Source: Lytechinus pictus (lineage: Eukaryota). From it: 64,000 nucleotides of DNA. The notes under the pieces are model-generated. The model was not told the origin of the DNA, made no database searches, and saw nothing but the letters and a program-made list of their open reading frames with translations. A program made the translations under genes and the position numbers. Shown here piece by piece: positions 36,301 to 48,300 of the stretch. The stretch spans positions 13,890,001-13,954,000 of the forward strand of contig NC_087250.1 in NCBI RefSeq assembly GCF_037042905.1, written 5' to 3'. Each line of letters starts with the position of its first letter. The stretch's first letter is position 1.

Positions 36301-39300
36301 CTGTCTCTGATTTCTTGTTCTTTTGCCAGTCTGTAATGCTCTCAAATGACCATGACTTGGTCAGTTTATGAAGTGAAGTAAAACTTGAGAAAATTGGGGG
36401 TCGGATGTACAAAAAGGTCGATTATTTTATGGAATTGCCCAACTCTTTGTAAGACAGGGCCCTGGTGCCCATGTAGCCATATTTAACTGCAATTACATTG
36501 GCCATATTGATCCATGGATTCATATTTGTTCGTCTAGCGGGTTCTCCTCTCTCCTGCATTCAATTCTTGCAATTTAATCATTGTTTCTGCTCATTTTAGC
36601 ACGTCCTTAAACTATTATTTATGGGGGCGTTGTGGTCTAGTGGTTAAGACTCTTGTCTTTCAATCTGAAGGACGTGGGTTCGATTCCAAGCCATGGCGTG
36701 TTTTCCTTCAGCGAGTAATTTACCAACATTGTGCTGCACTCGACCCAGGTGAGGTGAATGGGTACCAGCAGGAAGTAATTCCTCAAGAAGCTGTGTGCAC
36801 CGGAGTAATATAGGAGCGCCTTGAGCACCTAGCAAGGTGGATATGTGCGCTATACAAATCTTATATTATTATTTTATTTATAATTGACCAATAGTAGGGA
36901 GATACTGGTTGACAGTGTAGTTACAGAATTAAGATATGTATAATCGATTTCATTGCAACCACTTAATCAGATTCAAATTAATGATACTCTTATGTTACTT
37001 TTATTCTACTATTAGGTAACTCTTATTTCTCTCTTTTACGTTACTTTTATTTCACTCTTACAATGTATGTTATTACTCTTATTTTATTCTGAAGTACTTA
37101 ACTTTTTTTTTCTCTTAGGTTACAACCCAATCTTTGACGAGAGCTTTGAGTTTTCTGTCAATCTTCCAGAGTTAGCCTTGGTGCGCTTCGTGGTCCTGGA
37201 TGATGACTTCATCGGTGACGAGTTCATTGGTCAATATACCATACCATTTGAATGCTTACAACCAGGTATGTTTATTGGTCAATATACCATACCATCTGAA
37301 TGATCCTATATTAATAAACCTCAATCAACCAAGTAGAGATTAGAAAATAATAGTACCGAGCAGGATTCTCCAGTTTTCTTGCTTGAATTTATTGACTCGA
37401 CACCTTATAATTCAGATTCAGATTCATTTATTTCACACCTAAAATACAAAAATACATAAATACAAATAAAAATCTTATACGACAGAACAGATATTGACAA
37501 GTATTTGCATAGTCCCATTTGCACATCCATTTCGTTTTGTTTGCAATTTTAATTACTCCACTGAATAAATTCCTGCCAGGTACAATTTACCTCACCTGCA
37601 TTGAGTGCAGCACAATGTTGATCCATTTTTTTTCCACACTTTGCTCCCTGTAAAGATTTAGTGTACTTGTGAATAGGGTACCAGCTGATCTTATTTCCTG
37701 TATGATTTTGGCAGAAAGGGTTCTCACATAATAATGATAATTATAATAATAATGATAATAATAGTAATTATTGGATTTATATAGCGCTTTTTCCAGAGGA
37801 CACAAAGTGGTGTTGATGGCATAAAAAAGTTCAGGTTTAAGGTTGTGTAAGTGTACTTTGAGATGTTTTTTGAAGAGATCAAGAGAAGAGAGGTTTCGAA
37901 GAGATGGAGGGAGTTTGTTCCAAAGACAGGGGGCAAGAGATTGAAAGGAGTTGAAACCGGCCTGTTTTCTGGATTTTGGAATGACACAGGAAGGAGCAGC
38001 TGCAGAACAAAGAAAGTATGTAGATCTTTGTTGCTGAAATAATGAAGAAATGTTAGAAGGAAGTGTGGTTGACAGAGATTTAAAGGTTTGAACAAGTATT
38101 TGACATGTATATCAAGGCCTCTGTATGGATGTTTTTACTCACTTTATAATGCAGGATATCGTCATATAACCCTACTATCAAACACCGGAGAACCATTGAA
38201 ACCTGCATCTCTCTTTGTTCATGTAGCAGTAACAAACAAGAGAGGAGGAGGGGTAAGTCTTTATAATCATTCATTTATTGTAGATATTGCTTTGATTTTA
38301 TGATCCTTCATACATCCTTTGACCTCATGGATTCACTCATGAACTCAGTTCAGTGCATTATTTGTATTATAAAACTCCTAAGAATGTTCTGTAATCTGAT
38401 TGGTCCAAATCGGATCACATGATATTCAGCGAATTGCACTATTGCATCCAAAATGCACTATCCTGCACTCTGACGTCAAAGTGCAGGATAGTGCGAGGTC
38501 TGGAATTATCTAGAAATATCTAGAATTTAGATCAAATATAGCATTCGGGGCAACTCAGTAACATTGGGGAGGAGGGGGTTGTATAAAACAAACAATGCAC
38601 TCATTCTTGTGCATAGAGGACCTAAATAATGAACTCAGTGCTCGACTCGCCAAATGGATATACCGCACTCGGTCCTGCGGGCCTCGGTGCGGTATATCCA
38701 TTTGGCGAGTCGAGCACAGAGTTCATTATTTGGCCCTGCATGCACACGCTTACGTGCATTATTCGTAAATTATATCTCTATTCAAGAAGTTTAATTTGAT
38801 AAATTACTATTTAGAGTTTTAATACAATGTATCCCTGTTGTTACTGTTTCTTTTAATAGTGGCTTTCCCCTTGGGACTGGCAGGTGAGATCAGGGGCAGG
38901 TTGCACAAAAACATATCAAACCTAATTCTCAAATGCATGCTACTGATTGGTTAAAAATCAAGTTCTGTTTGATTTTTCTTGAGTTGTGTTCAGTTGGAAC
39001 TGGTACTACATGAGGGGGGTGGGGGTGTTTCACAAAGATTTAAGTATAGCTTAAAATCATGCCTATTGCTGACGCGCACATGATTGTGTAACGCACAATT
39101 TTATTGATAAAGACGCGCATCCTCTTGGCATAAATTGACCAATGCGGTGATACCGTTTTTTCGTCACACGACTGAACATTTAAGTGCGACTCTAGGTCAT
39201 ACTTAACTCTTTGTGGAACACCCCCAGGATCCTTGTATGATAAATATTTTTTTTTATTTATCAGCACTAGTCTCAAGGTAATCTTGTAAGCTATTTGATT

Positions 39301-42300
39301 AGTTGAGAGCAAACTTGTTATCTAGTTTGTTATTGATTCGAAAGTTTTATGTAACTGGGTCCATCGCAACCTTTACTCATATGTTATGATTTAATTGTAT
39401 GAATAGGATTTTGTGTATTATTTGTTGATTTCATTTCATAATAATATTTTATATGGTATTGGTAATTCATTTCTATTTTTTCAGATTTTATTTTCATGCT
39501 CGGTACTAAAACATTTGAATTTGAGAATTTCAGGGAGAGTACATGTACATCGTCTCATTCCATTCCAGTGTTAGCTCATACATTTTTTTAATGGTTAGCT
39601 ATTATAAACAAGAGGTCTAAACCTCATTTTGACTTTAATATGCTTGTCATCAACATCAAGATTTGGCTATAGAACGTGTAATATTTATTATTATATGACA
39701 CCTAGATAGATCCTTGTCATTTGATTGGTTGTTTGATATCGATCATTCAGCCCATTTTCAATGACGTCATCAACCGTGCAATTTTGGATCCATTCATCGT
39801 GCAATTTTGGATCCAGACTGTTTTGTCCAGTGCATGCGCGCACCGATACTGCTGCAGGGGTAGACTGTTGTATACTGTACGCGACAATCAACAGACCGAG
39901 CTCGCACTTCATGAGCATATTTTGCATCGAAATTCATAAATTTCATCTGAAAAAGAATCTATTTTAGGTGTCATATAAACCAAATAAAGAATGTTCTTAT
40001 CATTCACGCAATAGACAGACTACTTCATTCGGAGAAAGATGAAATGTATGATCCATTCAACGAGGCGTAGCCTCATTGAATGGATCATTTCATCTTTCAC
40101 CTCATGAAGTATTCTGTCCGTTGCACTCATAAACATTCATTATTTGTATACTAATAAATGGATATACATGTAGGCCAAATGTATGGTCATTGTTCATTAT
40201 TATGGGGTTTTATATAGTGTGCTTGGTCAAAGCATAGGATTGGTTTTTGTTGGTTCTACTTCCGTTTATCTTTTATTTGGTCTCATTTTGTGTTTAAGGA
40301 GGATATGTATTTCAACATAGGGCTGATATGACAGTAATATTGAAATATTGTGACATTGAATGAGTAGACTATATTGGGCATGTAAATGTTGTAAATAATT
40401 GAGATTTATTGTGATTCAGGAAAGAAATCTACCTTATAATGCTATAAAACACAGATATTATCCCAATTGCCCTAATTTAACTATCCATTATCCCTAGCAA
40501 AGACAAATGAAATTAATCATTACAAATATTCATTCACTTGTATGCACAAATGTTGTATAGGCTGGAAGAAATAAGTGGTATGTGAACATTGTAATCTTAG
40601 ATAATTACTCTCGGGAGGGGGGGGGGGCATTCTGGCATAGCTAGTTGGATATGTAATACCCAAATAATTAAACATTTTCTTTTATCAAAGCAACTTCGTA
40701 ATACTTCAATGCAAACTGATTCTAGGGTCAACAAAAGGTTAAATAGGATTCGCAATTTTCCTGTTTTTACTCCACATTTCTGTTGCAGATAGTGAAAATA
40801 CCCAATTCAGTAAGTTAGAAACAGATACCATTGCTATGTGACCTATTGGGCTTTGTGTGTGATCACAATTTTTAAAAATTGCCGCTAACTCTGTCCTAAA
40901 TGCCATTGGTTTTATTTTAGAATAATAATAATATAGGTATGTTTACCCAGGGAAGCCACTTCAGTTTTGAAAACTGTTCTCCCAGCGGGCCCTGCTATTA
41001 TTATTACCTTGGCTTTAGCTGGGCTGCCTAGGCGCTCAAGCATTCAAGGAATGTCTTCCTGCCAAGTACCCATTCACCTCACCTGGGTTGAGTGCAGCAC
41101 AGTGTTGATAAATTTCTTGCTGACGGAAATTACGACATGGCTGGGACTCGAACCCACGACCCTCTGTTTAAAACGATGACGATGCCCCTGCATTTCTTCT
41201 TTTATTTTTATTTTTTTACAGAAACCAACAAAGAGGGGGATGTCTGTGAAGAAATCAAAGAAATCTAGAGAGTATACAAGGATGAAGCCCATTGGAGTCA
41301 AGCTTGTCGATGATGCATTCAAGGTATTGTTATTCAGGGTTCCCAGCCCATCAGGGGAGTCAGGGAAAAGTATTTTACTTTTTTCCAGTCAGGGAAAAAT
41401 CAGGGAATTTGATAAAAAATACCTCAAATCAGGGAAAAATGCTTCAAATGAGGGAAAAATCAGGGAATTTTGATCGGCCAAAAATTAGTCGGAATCTGTT
41501 ATATTTTGTTGCATATTGAAACAACCATCCATTGAATGACTGGTTATGGTGGTATTAATTTGTAATTCACTGCAACAACTTAGAAAACATGCGAAACTGG
41601 GAATGGGTTTAAATTTTTATCAGATAATTTTTAAACTTCATCAGGGAAAAGTCAGGGAATAATCAGGGAATTTTGCTTTCTTGAAAAGCTGGGAAGCTGG
41701 AAAAGCTGTTATTTATTCGACCTATATAAAAAAGTACAGACACATAACATCAGAAAAAACAATTACAGTATATCAGCAAGCAAAGAAATGCGGGAAGGCA
41801 TGTGGATCAGGGGGCACAAAAGCAAAATTCAGCACTTGCCCGGAGGCATGTGCCCCCACCCATGCACTCCCAAGACATTAATATATAAATACTCTTACAC
41901 AAAATATTGCATGTCAAAAATCAAGGTTTCCATAGTAGTTATCATAATTGCAAAGTTGTAAGTCTTTATGAAGTTGACCCCTGTAGTCTGCGATAGATTC
42001 CAAACCAATCGCACTATCCAGAATACTTGAGATAGACTTTACAAAGCATTCGCAATGGTTGCAAATGCTTTGTAACATTGATTGGAAGTGGAACTCAGGT
42101 TTCTGATAGATTTTTAACATTTTTTAAAGTATATAAACTCTGTGCAAGATGCTCCCAGGTGTAAAAGCCCCTTAAAGGGATACTCCAGGCTGAAGATATA
42201 TCTCAATAAATAGAGTAAAATTCATAGAGCAAAATGCTAAAAAACATGATCAAAATCAGATCAACAAATAACAAAGTTATTGAATTTTAAAGATTTGCAT

Positions 42301-45300
42301 TATTACGGTGAAACAGTTCTAGGCATATCCCCACTTGTTCTTATGTATTTTATTATATGAAATTAGGTTTATTCAACATTTTTCTACCAAGAACTAAAAT
42401 TTGGAATGACAACTAATTAAGTGCATTTATTTTTTTGGTAATTTTTTGCAACAAGTTATTTTGTCATAATGGAGGCACGTCATTTACACATGTATGAAAA
42501 AATGAAACATTTGTGATTTCATGTAATAACATAAGAAAAAGGAAAGTGGGGATGTGACATCATCAGGGGTGTGAGAGTTCAGATTTTTATCTGATTTTAG
42601 ATTTTTTTCGTTTTGATTTTCAGCTTAATTTCAGCTTATTTTTGGCTTTCCTCTGTACAAAAAGTATGGGAGCTCTTTCTATTTCAGACTTTTTCTACAA
42701 GTTTCAGCTTTTTTCAGATCTTTTTATTTGTGACCACTCACACCCCTGCATCATCAGCCCACTTAATGAATATTCATGATGATGTGCATATAACTATTTA
42801 AAAAAAATATTGCTAAACTTAAAAATTCAATAACTTCGTTATTTGTAATACGATTTTGATGACATTTTCAGCGTTTTGCTCTGTAAATGTTACTCTATTT
42901 ATCTAGATATAAATATCTTCAGCCTGGTGCATCCCATTAATAGTTTATCTGCCCCTCTATTTTTGTTAATTTTTGCAGACTGCTTTGCAACCGTTGCGAG
43001 AAGCCATAGATTTACGTGAGAACATACAGTGTACGATGTTGAGTTTCAAAGAGTCTTGCGGCTTGGCAACAATGGCCAATCTCAAGCAGTGTGTAAGATC
43101 ATTGTTTAATAGATTAGCAAAGACCACGGAACAAGTTTCTATCATGGTGGAGGTGGATGGGGACACAACGCTACTCAGACTCGAGGGAAACGCTCCTAAC
43201 GTACTACGGAAAGCAATAATGGCTTACACTACAGTAAGGATTATTTTACTATTTCTGTCTTTCTATTTGTTTTGATACTTTGAAGAAAGAAAATGAACAT
43301 GCATATAACACAAGGCGTGTTAATTTTAATGCAAAAGATTAATGATGAGTCTCCTATTTCCACTGTTAAGTGATTTTGCTGTTTTCCTTGCTTTGCTAAT
43401 TTAGGTTGCTTAATGATAACTTTCAGTTAATAGGCTTTTAATCAGGAATCACACCATTTATTCCTCCTGAAATAGTATCATTTGTTTTATAATATTTTTT
43501 CTTTCTAGTCATATGCCATGTATAACATGAAACAGCAAAAGTGTCTCCTGAAGGAGGCACTTTTGTTTTATGTTTTATCATTCATACATAACCAAATTAC
43601 ATTTTTTTACTGAGGTTAGCCAATATTTTTGGTAGGAACACTGATTAAGAACTTTTATTAAAAATGTTTGTTTCACCGGATTGATTCAGGGGAGCTTTTT
43701 CTTTGTATTAAGTTGATTGGTATCAAATGTGAGAATGATGTGCTATATCTTTTCAGCTTGTAGAGGAATGCAAGAAGTTAACGGAGCAGGCAGAAGGGAT
43801 CTCTGTTAGGATAGATGAAGCTCACACGGCTGGAATGCAATACCATGTAAGACATCAATCATTACAACATAGCGCTTACTATGAGATGCGATTGCACTGA
43901 GATCCAATTGCAACAAGTTACCAATCTCATCACAAGTCAGAGCACACGTTGCAACACTCCTGCAAGACGTTGAATCCTTGTGGCACCTCCTCTTTTATGC
44001 ATATGTCGTTTGTGATGCAACAGTACAGCAAATCAGTCGTGACATCATTGTCTAGAACAAATCTGATTGGCTGAAATTATCAAAACTATCAGATAAGTTG
44101 CAGGAAGACTTGACGTGTCAAAGGCCTGAAATTTGGTCGCCGATTCTTCTCCAGCAAATCTGGGTCCCGTAACACAAAGCTTAGCGTTTAATCATATGCT
44201 TGATTTTTACGATCGATTGTACATTGTAGTCAATAGAATCAATGGTAGAAAAATGCTCTACGATCATTGCTAAGTTTTGTGTTATGGGCCCCAGATCGCA
44301 GTTGCAGCATATTGCAGGTTGGCGCACACTCTGCGATTTTGTTGCAATCGCGTCGCATAGTGGCGCGGGGCTTAGGTTTATATGTCAATGTGATCTGTCG
44401 TACAACAAGTTTCTCAAAATAAATTTTGAGATATTTATCGAGCTTGAAAAAGCACTTCCTAAACCTTGAAATGATAAACAAGTTTTCAAAATTGATTAAA
44501 CAAATAATTATTAGAATAAAAAAAAAAAACCTTACTCATATTAAAATGACTATTGGAATCATTTGGAGCAAACTGAAAAATATTTTTTCTTTTCATTTCT
44601 CAAAGCACCACAAGCACTGAAACGGGGATCTGTGTACACAATATAAGTAAATGTTAGAGTGGATTGATTATTATTCATGATATTTTTCCTTCATATCATG
44701 GAAAAAGAATTTTATAGCTCAGAATGTTTATATTCTGTTATTGTCTTTAATAGGATAATCTGACTGAGCTGCTAACTAAAGAAGGAATCAAAGGACGCAA
44801 GCTTACTCGGGTATGTATCACATCAATCTCTTGACTTCTGTAATTCACTCAGGGGGTGTTGCAAGAAAATATTTGCAATCAATTGCAAATATTCTGTTGC
44901 AATATTACAACTGATAGATCAATTTTAATTGTAGAAAATGAGATAACATTCAGTATTTCAATGAGCAGATTAGCGATCAATAACAAATTTTCAATTAATA
45001 ACAAGGCATATGATTGATTTAGGGACCAAAAATTTATTTATTTATTTATTTATTATTTATTTATTTATTTATTCATGCATGTTCACAATGTACAATGTAA
45101 AAGAATACACAGATAATATATAAATATATACATGAAACACAAGTAAATAATGAACATACAAAGGTGTTACAACATAAGCTAAAAGCTTGATTGGTTGAAA
45201 CACCTTTAAACTGGTTTTGCATCCAAGAAAACAAAATAAAAATGTAAGAATAAGGAAGAGAGGAAAGAAAGAGAAGAATAGACTTGCAATTGATCGCAAG

Positions 45301-48300
45301 TTTCTTTCAATGCCCCATTAGGCTTTTGAAAGGGTTCGTCCAGTATGAGTAGGCAATGGGCTGTCCCATTGACCACCAAATTCAGCTATCCCCAATAGTA
45401 TTTGTAAGTTGATCCTCCAGCTCTATTTGGCAATGGGTTAACCCTACTTTCACCTGGCTTTTTGAGACCAAGTTTTTTTTTGGGGAGGGGGGGGGGGGTG
45501 GACCCCTATCCCCCACTTTAGATATATGCTGTGAAATGTTAGATTGCTGCAAAATTTTCCACATTAGTCGTCCCGATGTAGTTTGTTTTTGTTTGCGACT
45601 TTGTTTACAAGTTTATTACATTAAATTATGTAAATATAATAAACCTTGAACATTTCTTTGTTGTGATTGATATCGTTATTTTTAGTCTACCGAGAACTTT
45701 GCTTGGAACATCCGCGTGTTGAAAGGTCAAAAGGAGGTCATCTTGGGTGCTAAAGATGAATGCCAGGAATGGATGAAACAGGTAATGTACCAGATAACCC
45801 TTTAATAAAGACATATTCTGAACTCAGGTTCAAATTAAACCCTGGTTTGAAGTTGTAGTTTAAATATGGAGAGCCAATTGGGGCACAAATCCCTAACAGT
45901 AAACATTCAATTTATTAACTCATATGACACTCAAATTGTCCATAAATGTCTGTGAATGATATTTGAAGTATTTTTCTTCATTATGAAAGCAAAGGGAAAC
46001 AAAATACTAAATATAAGAAAAATACAATATGAGCAGAATTTTTTGGTTTTTGGCTCCCCATAATTTTAGCACAGAGTTAGACCATGGTCTAAGTTAAACC
46101 TGACTTCGGAATACGGGCCATAAAGACTCTTCGTAAGGTAAAGTAATCTTGTGCTCCTCAAATTGGCAAGAACCATTAATTTTCTATTCATTTTCAATTA
46201 ATAAATGGTCTTTATTGATGATCAAACATTTTTTTAACACTGTCGTACATGAAAAAACAGCCGGAGCTGGAAAATTCATGTTAACAAGTTTGTCTTGGCA
46301 CAATAAGTGACATAGTAAAAAACATATTAAAAGGGTTTTTAAAATGCTTAGGTAATTTTAGGTAAAAAGCATAAAAGACAATGAATGAATGTTACATGAT
46401 ATAAATGGTACATACATTTAAAATGGAGATGAGATTGGCACTTTATGCAAAGTATTAAAGACAAAAGTGACTTAAGGGGGGGGGGGGTGACCATTGTCCA
46501 TTGTCTTTCCTAGCCGACACACTCATCCTTTGTTGAGTATGTCAACCATAAAAAAGGCAATGGACTATTTTTAAATCTTGTTGTTTATAGGTATTCATAC
46601 TTTGAAAGAATGAAATGAGTCAAGATTAATAAGAGAATTTGTTTTGAGGGTATATTGTTCATTCTGTGTAAATGCTTTTCGAAAGAAAGGTGTATTATAC
46701 CTTTTATTTCTGAGAAAAGAGCCCATTCCTTATCTTGTATTATTTTCCTAATGACGATAATAATAACGAACATTCAAAAGTGCTATGAACAGAAAGTATC
46801 ATAGTGTGGAAAATACCCAAATTAATATTAACGTGCAGTACATGTAATTGTTCCAAGAAATAAAGAAAAATGGATTATTGAGGAAAAAGGTAAGTACATT
46901 GAATTCTTTGTGTAACTGTTGATAATAATAGTCAATATTTATAACGCTCTTTTCCCACATGGCCCAAAGCACTCACAATCTAGTTTGAACTAATTTATAC
47001 AAACAAAATAAATCAGAATGACATGCAAAATGAAGGCAGTTGTCTGGAACAAAAAAGTTTTAAGGGACTTCTTAGATGACTCAATTTTGGGGGATTGTCT
47101 TAGTTTGAGAGGGAGTTTGTTCCATTCCACTGAGGATGCGACAGTGAAGGTTCTGTCTCCGGTCTGTTTTCGTTTAGTTGGATATGTTAATTTAAGTTGG
47201 TCTTCAGAGGATCTAGTTCTTCTACCTGGGACTTAAAATTTCTAAACAATCAGACAAGTATTATGGGGCTAGGTTATTGAGATGAAAAGACAGTCCTTTG
47301 GCAAGGCGTCAATTCACACTTTGCCACTCCCCACTGGGGCCCGTAACACAAAACTTAGCAATGATCGTAGAACATATTTCTACGATTGATTCCATTGACT
47401 ACAATGTACAATCCATCGTGAAAATCAAGTGTACGATCAATCGCTAACCTTTGTGTTACGGGGTGTTAAATGGTTTCCTGGTAGGATGCAAATCCTAAGA
47501 ACTCTAGCTATAGTTTTGAAACCCTTGTTGGAATGCTCCCCAAGGAGTGGAGAAAACGCATTATATTGTATGCAGGAGGTCAGGATCTGATGACTAGGGT
47601 ATTAATAGAAATGTTGTCGCAATCTATTAACCCTAAATAGACTGGGCTATTTCGACGCCTAAGAAGACTGGGGGGGGGCTGATTCAGCCCCCCCTTATGA
47701 TCTCGGCCGTCAATCGCGCGATTGCGATGAAAATTGGCACGCGCGTTACCCATGGCATTATCTACAAAACTATAATATCAAATTCTGCGAAATATCTCAT
47801 TGCTCATTAATTATGCTAATTTATGCGTAAAATCATAAGTTTGCTCTAATTAATAAAATAATGCCCCTAAAATGCTAATTTTTGTTTCACATACTCTAGA
47901 TAGGCATCTGATCAAATTTATTTTTCAAAATTTTCAACATCACATTTATTTTCTTATGTATTCTATTGTTTTCTAAATTTCTTATGTATTTCTTTGTTTT
48001 TCGACTTTTTGTTTTTTATGGTTTTTTCAATGGAAATTGTCGGGGACTTTATTTTGACCATAAAGAAGATAAAATTAATTGATTTTAAGCAGTAAAAGGA
48101 AAAATAATGATACATTTATGAATTTTGGTTAAAAACACTATTTGCATTGGATTTGTACACAAATTCACGTTTTTGAGTAATTTTGGGTCTGCATGCACTT
48201 ACGAAATGTTGCGTAATTTCAGAAGCGCGTACCCGGGGGTCACAATTTTGGTCTCAAAAGTTGCGCGAGATTTGAAGGTAAAAAGTCAGCGAGCGACGTG

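Noticed and set aside
36623..36700. tRNA gene
   Set aside because: Head of a multicopy tRNA-derived SINE with a shared core and (tta)n tail.
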